Shown: positions 37,917 through 53,600 of the stretch, one piece after another | Layout: every line of letters starts with the position of its first letter | Position numbering within the stretch: position 1 is the first letter of the stretch | Assembly (NCBI RefSeq): GCF_006345805.1 | Contig: NC_043005.1 | Coordinates: 72,664,001-72,728,000, forward strand | Direction of reading: 5' to 3' | Source: Octopus sinensis | Taxonomy: Eukaryota | DNA: 64,000 bases | Program-made: the position numbers and the translations under genes | The notes under the pieces: generated by a model | What the model saw: the letters and a program-made list of their open reading frames with translations, nothing else | The model's database searches: none | Told to the model about the DNA's origin: nothing

Positions 37917-40703
37917 ATAAATAATAAAAAAAAACATGGATGAAGTAACATAACATCGATTTAACAGAATTTCATCTCATTATTATTACTAAACATCAAA
38001 TGTTATTAAAAAAGAAAACTGAACAAGTCTTTTTTTTTTATAATATACACACAAAGAGCTGAAAGATCAAGAGTATATAAGGTTTTTTTTTAAAAAAAAG
38101 AACCTGTAAAAAATAGGGGGAAACAGTTAAAGCAAATCAGCTTCAAAGCTAAACAAAAAAAAAATAATGATTGCTACAATTACATGGAGTTGTTGTTTTC
38201 CCAACTGAAAATTGTATATCCGTATTAGAAAAAAAATTGTTTGAGGTATTCCTTCTCTCTCTCTCTTATAATGTTTTGTAGTGAAATTTGAAAATAAAAT
38301 CATATAAACCAATACAAATCTAACATATCTGTAGATTTCAGATGAAGACGGTTTAGTCTGTAGTCAACTATTAATATCTAATCATAATGGTATGTTGTGC
38401 AGGTATGTTGAATAATTAATGAATGCAAGCTGCTTGGAAAGAAAAAAGAAGGAAAACTAGAGGTTATATGTGAATGCTTATGTATGCATGTTGCAATCAA
38501 ATGTGAATACATTGGTTATATGCATATGCAAATGCATGTATATGCATTTTTACATCCATGTATATATATATATGTGCATATGCATATATATATTTATACA
38601 TATATATACATACATTTATGAGTGTGTGTACATATGTATATGCATTGTCTTCCTGATCATCACATTGATTAGAATTGTGTCTACTGTATTAATACAGTAG
38701 ATATACAAACAATATGTTGAGAGAAAATGCATAGAATTACTAACAAAACATGTGACTACATGTTTGAATGTAGTGATGAACCTAGTATGTGAGCTCCTCA
38801 CTGGACCATGTGGGTACAGACAAAAAACAGATACAGTTATATGTTATTCTGTCTACTACCATGCATAAGTCTTCATGCAAACAACCTTCTGTGTATGTAT
38901 GACTGCATGTATGTATAAGTATGAGTGTAAGTATGCATGTGTGAGAGAGGTATGATATCCATTTTATCATAATTAATTTTTATTAGTTTCACTTTGTATG
39001 AGAAAAAAAAAAATAATTGTCAAAATTATGAAATTTTTAGTTGTTTTCATTTTTTAATTACTAAATTTCTAACCTTTATATCATAAAATTAAACATAAAA
39101 ATTAAACTTCATTTTTTATTTTATTTATTATTTCTGAAAAAAAAAAAAAAATTCTGAATTTTAAAAAAATAAATAATATGAATCTAACTGTTTTGTTTCT
39201 CATATCGAAAATAATTAAAAATTCTTTGTTTCATTTTATTTTGGGCAAAAATGAAGTTACTGCAAGTTCTTAACGATTTAGAACCACACCGCTGAATAGA
39301 GTAGGCCAGCTGAACAATCTTGAGAAATGAATATTTAAACTTATTAACTCATAAAATACTTTATTCTCCAGCTTACTTCATATAGTTATAAATGCTGCCA
39401 AGTAATGTGGTAATGTGTTGTATGTGTGTGTATATAAATATATATGTATACATTTATATATATCATATTATGGGTATATTTATACATATACTAGGTGCTT
39501 TTTGATTCTATCTTTATAGAATATTATTACATAAGAACTGGAGAAATATGTTTTTTTATCATTCAATTCTTGAAATAGATTTCATCTGTGTTCATTTGAT
39601 AATGGCAGGCAGAGTTCTTGTGAGAACATTGAGAACATTGAGTCTGATGAAGTTGTCAGTACTTCTTATGATTAACAAATGTTATATTTGGTATTTGCAT
39701 GATTGACTAATGTCCATGTAAGAAATTTCTGATCGAAGTATCATGTAAACAGCAAATCATCACTGCTTAATACTAATACTAAAATTTCTGGACATTCTCA
39801 ACTCTGAATAAATGGAAAGAAATCATTGAAATGGTCTGGTTGTAAGTCATTCCTGTTAACAAATACACCATATTCATTGTTATTCATTGACTTCTCACCG
39901 AAAAAAAAAAAAATGAAACAAAAACACATCCACTTACTCTGGTTCACAAACACTTCAGCTTTGGTTTAATCAGGTTCAACATTTGATGATTATACTAAAT
40001 ACTAATTAAATTAGCAACCAGCAGTTTTGTTCCTATATTCACAAGTTAAGTAATTACTTGGTTCTAAATTAGGTGAAATATATGGGAAGAAAAAGAACGA
40101 AAAAGAATTTAATTAGTCAAATCAACAAAGAAATTCATTACCTTACACTATAAATTACTTAATATCGAAAACAAAAATGTAGCAGATTACAAGAAAAAAA
40201 TCAGCAAAACAACATAGAAATTGTTATAAAAATCCAAAATATAAAGTGGAGGTGGGTGTGGGGATCATTATAAACCAATTCTAAATGTCAGTGAAACTTC
40301 TATTTCTGCCATGAAAATTTTTATTTCGTTTAGTTACATTTTTATGGAAGTTAAGTGTTTTTCTTTTAATTGCTTTTTCTTTCCTCCTTTATTTTTTTTA
40401 TTTGTGAAAGGTTAAATGCCTGCTGCTTTCAACTTTTACAAAGTGATGTTTATTAATTATTACAACAATTATTGTTTTCATCAACATGAGAAATATTAAA
40501 GCTACCCTTGTCATCATAGATAATTTTTACATCTACCCTATTATTGTTATCTTCTGTCATTATTATTATTATTGTTGTTGTTATTAGTTTTATCATTCTT
40601 CATAATGCAATATATATATATATATATATTTATATGTATATACATATATTATATATATATATATATATACTATATATATATATATATATATATACATATA
40701 TTA

Positions 40704-40735
<32 letters not shown>

Positions 40736-40748
40736 CATATATATATAC

Positions 40749-40783
<35 letters not shown>

Positions 40784-41647
40784 TATATGTATATACATAT
40801 ATACACACACACACACATAATGTTTGTATGTTCTGTTAAAAATAAATCTCAATTTATATGTATGCATAACCTTAACCCCATCTCAACCACACCATATTAA
40901 ACATTGAATATTAATACTAAAAGAAAAATGCATCGAAATATCCTGGTATGTTCATTTTAGTTTTTAAAAAAATCAATTGTCACCTGAATAAACTATGTAA
41001 CCCTGTCCCCAAAGAATTGTCTCTGTGTATATTATGTAAGTATATTAAAGCATATAATCAACTGTGTATAGAAGACATTACATAAGAAGTCTGTATACAT
41101 TGTTTTTAATCTACATACCCTCATGTATGGACACATGTTGAATCTTTGTATAATATGAGTTGGTATGAGCATATATGTATATATGTGTGAGTGTGAGTGT
41201 GTATACATGCATAGCGATATATGTATACTGACTGTGTGGCATATAAAAATTTTCTTCCTTAACATGCAACCAAGCATCTCTGAATTGATGCATGTATATA
41301 TAATTATATTGAACAGGTATCCAAACATCCATGGGGAAATTATCTTCTTCCTGAAACAGAGGAGGCTGTCTAGATTATATGTTTACAAAACCTGGTTACT
41401 TTATATATGAAGTAATTGGTGCCATCTTGTGAAATGAAGCTAGTCTATAAGAAAAACACATGAAACTTCCGCTTCCAACCTTACGGCAGTTACCCAGGTT
41501 AATAACCTGTACATTGTGATGTCTCCTATCCCAGGAAGGAGAAGAGATTCTACCTTTGTTTAGGGTAGAATTTATTTAAATAATGATAATGATGATAATG
41601 ATAATAATGCATTCTTACATTGGCACAAGATCATACATCTTTGGGAA

Positions 41648-41690
<43 letters not shown>

Positions 41691-43888
41691 ACTATGTGAA
41701 ATCAGAAGTTCACCGGTATTTATTTATTTTATTGACCCTTCAAAAGGATAAAATATAAAGTCGACCGTGGTACAATTTGAACACAAAGGGATGTGGCTAA
41801 ATACCACAAGGTATTAAATACATTGCTCCACTGATTCTGCCAATCCACTGCCCTTTGTATAATTTATGTTGATGTCTCCTATTGGCTCTTTCATTTCAAG
41901 ATCTGATCCGCCAAAGACCACTGCCTATAGTGTAAAACCAACTGTGATGATAAGGATTTACAGAAGACTAATATGGAGATTTAACACACATTCATATAGG
42001 CATAAAATAGGGAAAATATGAGTACTCATTCCCCATTTCTCAACCCTTATTCTATAGTCTTAAAATGTATTTCTATATAGGCTATATGAAGATATATTTA
42101 ATCAGTTCAGATGAAAGTATTTACATTCTTTTTCTTAGACCCTACAGTGCAATCCATTACAATACAAAACTCTAGCTCCTTAATATCTCAGCATTGAGTT
42201 TTTCTTGATAGTGATTATTTGCAGCATATAGAAACACATGCTATGCAGTAAACAAGGAAGAAACCTCAGTATTTTTCAGATCTTAGTATGTTTGTTCATA
42301 TCATTGGTGAGTTTATCAGTAAAAGTATGATATTGTATCACTGTTTGAAATATCATTAACAGTTTTATTTTGTATAAGTCATCTGGTTCGGTGTTATCTA
42401 TTCTAATCATTCTATAACTACATCAGAGCAGCAATGCTACAGTATCAAAGATGACTTATGGACTCACAGATAAACAGAGGTTACTTTGCCTTTACACTGA
42501 CAGATGCCTGTATCTACCTCAATGATGGTTAGTGGTGCAATGATCATTAGTGGTTTTACTTTTGGTTTTAATAGTTATATTACATGAGACCCAAACTATT
42601 TGTAATTCAAATTCTAAAGATTTGAAATAATTGTTGATAAGAAGTCTGCCACCATTAGAGATTCTGTGATCTGATCTCTGATTTCTATCAAGATTTCTCT
42701 AGCCACTTTTTTTCAAGAGTAACTCAGTTGACTTAAAGCAAATTTTATGTTTTCTTTCATTGTCCAGTTCTATAAAATCCTGAAGATATTCCGTTTCTGA
42801 TTGGGTTCTAAGTGAATTGAAAATCCACATTCTTAGTTGGTTTTCACCCAAGTAATACACTATATTAAGAGATAAATGCATTAAGAAAATGAATGTAATA
42901 TGAGAAATTTATAATAATAATAATAATGATAATGATAATAATAATGATGATGGTTTCATTATTTGCCAAAATGGTAACGGATAAAGGGAGTATTATAAAA
43001 ATAGTAAGGTGTGTGTAACACAGAGTTGATAATGGAAAAAAGGAGAAAAATACAAGCATGAGAAACAATAATAAAATGTACACATGCTTGCAAATAACAG
43101 TAAACATGAACATGTAAATATGTACATCGAGATAATGTTTGCAGGTATCAATCCAAACCAACAACATGAGAAGTATTAGCCCAAAGTGTGACTTCATTCT
43201 TCCCATTTGTCTCATATTATTCAACATTTCAAATTTAAGCATTTTTTTGTGTAATGTTGAAGTTCATTGTACAAACTCTAGCAGTTACAGAAGCAGTGAC
43301 CGCAGTACTTATTGTATCACTCTACACACAACAATATTCCATATATTTCTGCTGTTGGCAGTCTTAATGTTCAATCTAATTTTTTTTGTCATGTGTGAAT
43401 AAAACTTAGGTGTAAACTGCATAGTTATCACTCCTTCATACCTAATAACAATGAAGGTATTTGCCAGAATGGAAATGTATAAAATTAATTAATTGATAAA
43501 TTTAGTAAAGAACATCAAATATCATCCCTAAACTCCTTAAACATTAATTTAATTTAATAAAAAAAAAATGAATTTATTCACATAGTAACTCTTACTACCC
43601 TGTCTAGAAGGCTAAAATTTACTAGTATGGCTGTTTAGAAGAAGAAAGAGAGAAATTAATTAATACTTGAACAAATTATTATTTATATTACTAAAACATT
43701 TTTTGCTATTTTTTAATTAAACTTTCCACCTTCCCCTCACACACACATCTGTATTCCCATTATTTATTTTTATTTTTATTGTGAAAATAGGAAAATTAGT
43801 TTGATTGCTACCAATTATTTCACAAGCTTTTAGTGAATTAAAATTAATTTTTGACCTGACCACACCAAGCATATATCTTTAGATTTAG

Positions 43889-43938
<50 letters not shown>

Positions 43939-45334
43939 ATGTTTGCACTGAATATCACAAATCCAATTGGAAATGTGAGAATGACACTGATATCTTAAAT
44001 CCATTTTATCGATCTTTTCCATGGATTGCTTGATTATCAGTTTTCTGATCTCAGTTGTCCTTTCATCATTGTAAAAGTAGATAAAAAGAAATTCTAAAGT
44101 TATCAGTCCTAGGTGTAAATCTGATGTCATTCTCCTTTATCTATTGGAGAGTTTAGCAAGCAATTACTCAGATAAACAAAAAAAAACGACAAGGTATGTA
44201 AAAGGAACCTACAATTGGTTCATGTCTGTTTTGTTATTAGATTTACAAATAATAAAAAGATATTGTCTCTTTTTCAACGAATCACTATAGGTATTTGTGT
44301 GGTCATTATAAAACAAAACAACCATAACTACTCTGAAATATTTTACATATCAAGTGGGACATGATGAAGACCATTTGGTATTATGAATTACCTTGATTTA
44401 GCCAGTGACCCTTAAAAGTTCGAATATGCTCCCCAGTTTTTTTGCGGGGTTTTTTAACCATGGAAGAATGATCAGATCATTATGAAACACTATGATTTTC
44501 AGCTGTTTAAGATTCTTTGGATCCTCTGGATCAACAAGTTGCTATTTGATTATTTGTCTCTTGTCCAGGTTTCAAGATCCAGCTGTATATCAACCCGCGA
44601 GGATGTGAGAAAAATCTAAAAACTTAAAAATGATTGTGCTATTAACTGTTTGTTCACAAAGATCTTCATACTTCATTGAAGAAGCTTATCATACTTAAAG
44701 TCTGTGATCTGTGATCTTAGGTAATTTTTGCAGAGAAAATCATGCATAAATATAGAGCCAGGCATTATTAAATAGAAATCGGAGGAAGAGGTGTATGGAT
44801 CAAGGAATAAACATTGAAATGGATGAATCAAACTCAATCGAAAAATTTTAAACAAAATAAATGACGCTGAAAATACTTCAATTATTGATGCCATTTTAAT
44901 CATTAAAATAAACACCAACATCGACCTCATTGCTTTAATTATCATTATTATTCATATTTCTCTTGTTAAAAAGCAATAGAGACATTATACATTTGTTTCT
45001 ATTTACGTTGTTTAAAGTTTCAATCTGAGCCTTTTGAAACAGGACATGTTTACAGTAGTGATTTTGCATGACTGAAAGAGGATATATTATAGCAAAATGA
45101 GAAAGTAGTGGAATAAATACTGCCAATCTGAATATAAGACACAATGGTTATTGAAGATAAAGAGCTCACCTAGTGAACCTGTAGTCATAAGAACAAACCA
45201 CACTACAAGCAATATGCTGTGTCACTGAACACGTTACATGCTTCCACTTCCTTTGATTGGCTTGTCTGACTTCTACTTCGAGGTTGACTACTTTGTGGAG
45301 TTAGAAGAAATGTATCAAACATTAAAAATAAAAC

Positions 45335-45672
45335 TCTGGGTTCAAATCCAGATAAAGTTAAATTTGCTTTCCATCCTTGCAAGATAGATAAAGTACCAGT
45401 CAGATTCTGGTCCCTTCCACCTCCTCATGAATTTCTGGCTTTGTATTTTTAGTAGAAATTGTTATTAAATGACAGAAACATTTGTGCTGAACCACAATAC
45501 TTTGCAGTATTTAGGTGCATCCTTCTATATGGTGTTCAAATCATTCTCTGGTCAGATTTGCCTTTCATCTCTCCAGGGGTAATAAAATAAAGTACCAGTA
45601 TTAAATTGCATGTCTATTCATTGGATGATACTCTTTCCTCTATAAAATTGTGACCATGTGCCAATGTAAGAA

Positions 45673-45767
<95 letters not shown>

Positions 45768-46285
45768 CATTGTGTTTGTTGTCAAAACGTAGTGGAGTGG
45801 CAATAACAACAGAGTGCCATGCAAAATGTCTTACAAAATTTAATTTCATCTTTCTACATCTCGAGTTCAAATCCAACTGGAACCAACTATGCCTTTCATC
45901 CTTCTGGGTTAAAATAAAGTTGCAGGCTTGTACTAGGATCAATTCAATTCACTCCATCTTATCCCACGACTGCTTAGTTTTGTACCATTGTAAGAAATTA
46001 CCATTATGATTGTTATTATTATTATTATTATTATTAGAGATGTTGGGTTGGCTGAATGTTTTGAGCATTGGATAAAATGCCTTGTGATAGTTGTTCTAAT
46101 TCTCCATATTCTGAGTTCAAATCTCACCGGGATCAACTTTGTCTTTCATTCATCTGGGGTTGGGGTCTATATAACAAAATACCAGTCAAATCAGTACAAG
46201 TCAGGATCAATGGTATTAACTAAACTGGCTTCCCTCAAAATTGTAGGCCTTGCACCTAAATAAGAAAGGACTATTATTATTATTA

Positions 46286-46340
<55 letters not shown>

Positions 46341-46520
46341 GGGGTGGTGACTTGATAAATTCATTAGAGCTTCTTCAGACAAAATGCCTTGCAATACATG
46401 TTCTGGATCTTTATGCTCTGAGTTCAAATCCCATCAAATTCAAATTGCCTTTCATTCTTCCAGGGTCGTGACTAGCCTCTCCCCAAAATTTGAGGCATTG
46501 TGCCTATGCCAGAAATCAAT
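45335..46520 (+). mobile_element. Head-to-tail cluster of ~5 diverged family C SINEs, most separated by (ATT)n tracts
   Basis: Recurrent gttcaaat...tgcctttcatc...aagtaccagt...gccttgtgcc motif near 45340, 45535, 45865, 46112 and 46420; long (ATT)n at 45673-45770 and 46270-46338. Confidence 0.75.
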
Positions 46521-48753
46521 ATCATTATTATTGTTATTATTATTGTCTGCAGCATTGTCACATGTCTGAAGACAGAGTCTTCAGAGTCATTTAAGCTACA
46601 CCCTTTACAATAATGGCTTAATTCTTTCTGAGTCTTCCTTTGTCTCCAATTAAGTCTAATATCTTTGGTGGAGTGGGGGAGGGGCAGTTTACCTTCAGTG
46701 AAAGTATGAAAGCATTTTGAGTAAGAGGTGCCATTTTTTTTCAACCATCTACAGAATCCTTTAAATGGAAATAGAATCAAGCCATTCTGGCATGATATCC
46801 ACAAATACTTATCTTTCTTTCACCCATTGAAGTTGATAATGTTTATTATTTTAACAGTTTATGGAGATAAGGGATGTATTTCATAGTCTTACTTTAGAAA
46901 TTGGATCAATCTTCTTTGCTCAATAAAACATCTGAAGACAAGAGTTAAACATATGGTGTTCCCTGGTGGTAGCTATTATAAGGAGATAATCACTTCTAGA
47001 TTAATCATAATGGGATTAAAGGCTTGAATTTTAAATCAAGGAATATTGAAGAAGATGCACAGATTATGTATATCTAAATGTTTCTTAGTCTTTACAAAAC
47101 CTTAAATATTCTTATCACAGGAAGCCATGATAATACTATTTCATCCTTATTTGAAATCATCAGTATAACATAGTCCTGTTGATTTCTGTTAATCTTAGTT
47201 GTGTTATGAATGAATAGAATGGCATGCTACTAACTTTGCCAAAAATAATTAGCATATTTTACTTTAGAAACTACTGAAGAATTAATTTTACACATACTTA
47301 TTTCGGGCAATGGCAGAAGTAGAAAAAGATTTCTTCGGACCCTTTAATATATTCAATATCCGACTTTCTTAGAGTGAAGGTTTTTGTTATGTTACACAGA
47401 CTACTAAATTTTTCCTCAGTGAATTAGTGAATGTTCTCTTACCTCTGTAAAACAATAGAGATTTTTTTTATATACAACTACCACTTTCTGGGTTATTTTC
47501 TGGTTTGTTTTTTTTTTTTTGTTTTTGTTTTATTTCCCCAGATAATTATTATGGAATAGTTTGAGGCTTCAAGAAACATTTTTTCTTTCTTCTGATAATT
47601 TGGTAGTTGTTGAGGGAAAAGATGATGGTGGTATAAAAGTAATCTAAGCAATATCTAGCCAAAAGCAGGAAAGATACAAAAAATAGTATTAAAAACGATG
47701 CCCATGTTATAAATTGCTGGCTCAATCAAATTTATTTTAATTGTTAATTTTGTTCTCAATGTTAATTTTTTTTATATATTTTATAAACTTAATCTTTATT
47801 TCCTAAACATTACCAAACCCTTTTTAAACAATTTCAATGACTGATAAATATATCTTTTATTTTTCTTAATAATAATACATCCACTTACAACATACAGAAA
47901 TGGAATTTAAAACAAATGCTGGTTATAACTGTAATCAACATCATTGTCATTATCTTCATGAATATCATAATTGTAATCACTATTATAATTAGTTGATCAT
48001 TATGATACCTCACTTGATTGCAATATAATACCAGTTTTTTTACATCAGTCTTCGTTATCATCTCCATTACTATTCTTTTTATTTTTATTATTATTATTGT
48101 TGTTGTTGAGTGATGCAGATGGTAGATCAATGAAAGAACTTGTTGCAAATTATTACAGCCCTTTATGTTCTGAGTTCATACTCTATATCTGGGTTAACTT
48201 TACCATTCATTCCTCCAGATTCTACAAAATAAATACCAACCAAGTTCTGGGGATCAATTCTATCAAAAGTACGTCCTTCATAAAATAGGTAGCCTTGTGC
48301 TTATAGTAAAAGCTATTATTATTATTATCATTATTATTATTATTAACATTATTATTACTACTATTATTATTATGTAGGGGAATGGTAGAATTATCAGAGT
48401 GTCTCAGAAAAAATGCCTTACAGTGTTTCTTCTGGTTCTTTACATTCTGAGTTCGTATCCTGCTGAGGTCAACTTCATTCCTTCAAATCAGTAAAATACA
48501 GTACCAGTCAATTACTGGAGTTGATGATTTTGACTAAGCCCTAAATCCTACCGTCAAAATTGTTGGTCTTGTGCCTAAACCAGAAACAATTATTATTCTT
48601 ATTATCATCATTATTAAGAAATGATAATTATAGTTGATTATAATTACTAATTCTGTTGGTAAACATTCATATTCTATTCAACACATTGGAGCCTCTATGT
48701 TGTCACTTGACCTACTAGAGACAGTAGTCAAGTACCCTCACACACTATATCGA

Positions 48754-48797
<44 letters not shown>

Positions 48798-49211
48798 CAC
48801 ACCTTAAATACAGCATTATCACACTTCAAAATAAGGATATAGCAGGTTCAATTTCCATTATAGATCTTACTTATTTATATACATTAACTAAGAGCAACTG
48901 TCAGAAATTCTTTGAGATACCTCGACTTTATCATCTCATCATACACAAAAAGATAATTACCATTAATAGTTTAGTCCTAAATATTACATCTGAATTTATA
49001 TCTTGAAATAAAAACAAACCTAGAAAAAAAAAGAGAATTATGGTATGTTCCAACTAGAGTATTTGTGATCATTGAAATCAGTTTGATTAGAGTTGACTTA
49101 GGACTAAATAACCACAAATGTATATTGATTTATAAAAAAGGAAAACTGAACAAGAGAAAACCATTATAGTATCTCTATACAATATAAACTTTCACAACAC
49201 ACACTGATGTA

Positions 49212-49260
<49 letters not shown>

Positions 49261-49534
49261 GTATAAACATGCACGCCACACATACTCACACAGGGTAACA
49301 ATAAATAAATAGGTTTGTATATAATTCCAAACAAAATAATTCTTGCCAGAGGCCAAGTAAAATGTGTTTTAATGAATACATTTTTGTAAGAATTATATAC
49401 ATAAAATTACCTTTACAGGCAAACACAACTACCCACATTTATATATATATATATAATATATATATATATATATTGAATTATTCATGTTAATTATGCTTTT
49501 CCATATTATTTCTGTTATCATTATTCCTATCATC

Positions 49535-49603
<69 letters not shown>

Positions 49604-49939
49604 GAAAGAATGTAAAAGATAATCAGGTTATATGATGAACAAGTTAATGATTGGTTGTTATGGAAACGAAATTTTGGCATGGGGGAGGGGAATAGCTTTT
49701 CATTGTTGTTATGTTATTATGATTATATTTGCAGGGAGATGAGGGTCTATTTTTGTGTTTGTTTGTTTATTTTTGTTGTTGTTTGTTTGTTTTCTTCTCA
49801 GTTACATTGAAGAAGCCATTATGTATTAACTGCTCCAAGGTAAACTGGATGTGAGATGTTGATTAATTAAAAAATAATTATATTTTGACTGTTGCTAGAG
49901 AAGATAAGATCATCTCTTGTTGAAGTAATGAGGAAGCCA

Positions 49940-50125
49940 TGATGTAGTTGCTCAGCTTGTTGGAAATAGCAGCCAAATCTTCCTCAAATAATACCCTAGT
50001 TCATCTTGAAAATGAGAAGGAAGGCCAAATTAAAGATAATGTAATTCCAGATATATCTGAAAAAATGATGGATGGTCATGGATGGAACACCTTTGGCCAT
50101 AGGTCTTCTTGATCAGGACTAACGT
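49940..50125 (+). mobile_element. Dispersed repeat family E (SINE-like)
   Basis: gttgct..cttg.tagaaatagcagccaaatct..ctcaaat...ataatgta.tccaga motif shared with ~10110-10230, ~35200-35360, ~48700-48750 and inverted ~25000-25200. Confidence 0.6.
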
Positions 50126-50563
50126 AAGAGGGTGGGATGTTAAGGAGATGTCTGGGAAAATAATATTCATATATCTTTATATGATGCTGTTGCTAGCAGG
50201 AGAGTTGTATGAATTCAATTATTGAAATTACCCTTTTGGACAAGAAATATTACTTGGCATAACAAGAGTTAATTAATTTAAAATTGTTGTGGATTGATTA
50301 GTATTTGCTTGAAGGATTAGCTGAGGGAGTGGGTTATATCCTGCAGGGCGGCTTTTTTTTGGTAAGTTACAAGAGAAACAGTTAGTTAGAAAATATAATT
50401 CAGCTTCTAGAGAAAAAGTCATAGCATTGTGAAAACATGAATTTTTTGTTGGAATGCTGACTATATCTAAAAGAGTATTGTTTCTTAAATCATTGGAACT
50501 ACATATATTCCATGCTGAAGTGCAGGGATTACAGCAATTATAGAATATTCTGCAGCATATATC

Positions 50564-50606
<43 letters not shown>

Positions 50607-53600
50607 ATGGAGTGTGCCAATAAGTAAGACTTCATCGCAGTTGTAGACCTGAGATAATGAAACAATTGGTTTAATTTGTTCCCTTAATGTACCAAAAGAT
50701 ATTTCTTCCAATGGATTCCTCAGTTACATGTGATTTACTTAGATATAGAGTATTATGGCTGAGCATATTAATCTTGTTCAAAGCAATGTGACATTAAATT
50801 CTGGAGAGTAATCTGCAGTTCTGTGAAGAGAAATTGGGATTTCAATAGAATTAGGATATGTAAAGGACATTGTAATCAAGGGAAATAAACTGTCTGAGAA
50901 AAAAGCTTGGGAGTGAGCAAAAGATAGAGAAATATTTGTGAATGACTGTTTTTTTATAATTCTAAAACCCTTTTTTTAAATTAGATGCAACATATATGTG
51001 CATAGAAAATGCATATGTGCAATACTCTGATAGACTACATTTACATGGGGTGGGTGTATATGAGCAATATTAGGATTTCCAATATAAGTGGCTTAGGAGC
51101 TGTTGAAAAAGTTATGTTCCTACTATACTGTGATTGTCTGTGAGGAAACTATTGAGTAGCAAAGACTTATTTGTTAAAATGTTATTTATCCAGATAAATA
51201 TTAGCATATACCTAAACCTATGCCTATGAGATATTGGTATAAACAGATTCCAGTATCTCTTCTCTACCGAATGTATAGATGACTATTATGTCTAAATCTT
51301 GAGCCATGATTGTAAAGGTAAAATAAATAGCCTTTTTTCTCTTTTTGTGTATATGTGTAAGAATTAGCCATAGACCTAATAACAACACTGCATAGAATAT
51401 CAGAAATGATGATAATATTTAATATTATTCTACATCACTAATAAAGGGATTAATCTATGCAGATAATAATATGATACCATTGTGCAGATTCCATTATACC
51501 TTCCCTGCATCAGTATGAGCCAGAAGACTGTGATATGCTGTATCAATTTTTCAAAAAGGAAAAGCTACAAGATGTTGCTTTCAGTTAGGAAGGAATCCGA
51601 TAAAAAAATTCAACCTCGTGTTTATATATTAGTCCAGTTTCTTTTTTTTTTTCTTTTTGTGATTTTTAATTTTATATTCAGTCATCTGAAACTGAGTGTG
51701 TTGCTGTAGAGCCATAACCTTTCAGCCCAGAAGATAGGCTGATATTATTTCAGGGATGTAATTGGTTGGACTGCAGATATATGAAATCTCACAGAAAAAA
51801 ACACTGTATAAAATATTCACTCTTGATTCTGGGGTATAATTCACAGTTCTGTGAAGAGGGAAAGGATTAGTTAGGGAATAATAAGTTACAAAGTAGCAGA
51901 CGTGTTAGAGAAGAAACGGTGAGCGGAAATAGCATATGTGAAAGCTAGTGAGGGGTGGAGGCTTTTGAATAAAGGTTTTCTTATTCCCAAACCGTTTTCT
52001 TTTAAATTAGATCCAGACTATATATGCATGGTGAATGTATACAAACAATACTCTAATAGGCTGCATTTGCAACAGAAAATATCTGAATATAGGGCTCTTC
52101 ATTATATTTTCCACCCAGATGATAAATAGATATTTCCCTGTACATAATACTTTCTGAAATGGTTCTGGCTGTATTTGAACTCGAACAAAAAAAAAAGGCA
52201 CATGAGCTACCAAATTGCAAAATCAAACCTGTTTACTATATAATGACCATTGCTCTTCTCTTTTATTGAAGCTGTTTTGTTTTAGTGAAAATCATGGAGG
52301 AACAAAATGCTAAGTAACTGTAGACATTATTTAAACTACATTACTAGAGGCTCCAAACTTGTTACCACCAACTATCATTTCGGTCATGCTTGCCTCATTC
52401 AACTTTATATTCAAACATACCAGTCATCTGAAAGATTCATTTCAAAATAATCAGTGGTTTTTAATTAAAAACTGAACAAATCTCATATTCTATCATCTCT
52501 TTGATTCTCATTTAGCAAATTACTCTAGATCTCTCTAAGAGAGACATTATCATAAAAATATACATTTTATCTACCTACCCAGATCTCAATAAATTCCTTG
52601 TGTGTACGTGTGTGTATATATACACATACATATATATATATATATATATGTATGTATATGTATATATGTATATATATATTTATGTGTATATATATAATTG
52701 TTTTTTTTTTTGCATTTTAGTCATACATACTATGATTGTTGAAATTAAACTTGGAATTGTTTTCATGTGCAAATGTAAATGTATTTTCTCATTTCTCCTG
52801 TTAGATTTTTTTTTCCCTTTCATTGTCTAGAAATGTGATGGTTAAGTGATCAAAATGCTGGACAACCCAATAGTTATAGGTCACATGATCAGACTCTGTC
52901 ATAAATAATACAGTATCTTTGGCCTGTTACATTATACTTCTTGCCTCAGTCTAAATAACTGAAATATAAACGCCACCCCTATTTCATTGTTCAGTGATTG
53001 ACATTAGAAAAAGTACCCAGCCATGAAGATATCAGCTCCAACAAATAAAAGCAAATATCCAGTTCAAAAGTTTCAAGCTCATCCAACCCATGCAGGCATG
53101 GAAATGTGGATGATTAAGATAGAAATCAAATTGTTTTACAATGAAAAGAAATAAAAGTAATACATATACATATACATTTATCACAAATGACCAATACAGT
53201 ACTGGTAACTTGATCAACCCAGTGACTCAAACCTTTAAAAGAGAACATGGCTTACAAAGTGAAGAATTTTGTCATTCATTTATGTTGACGACATGATCTC
53301 CCATTTGTATAACCCCAGCCCCTTAAAAAAGAAATTATGTCCTGTTGAGAAACTGATGTAGATAAAAATTTTTGCCATGAATTGACACAGCATGGAATCT
53401 ACACCAGACCTACATGGATAAAAAGACCTATTCAACAACCCTTTTCTAGGGTATCTGGTAACCTAACAATGAAGTCAGAAGTTTGAAATTGTCATGAAAT
53501 AAATACGAATATTATGAAGAAGTAAAGACCGTAAGTCATACGAATGACTACGTAACCTCACAGAATATGTTTATCGGCTTACAGAAATTTTTTTTCTGCT

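Noticed and set aside
46560-47100. Possible very old RT remnant on the minus strand (IFLDL..AF-like), similarly 6570-6950 on the plus strand
   Set aside because: Too degraded to support by eye; would need a translated HMM search.
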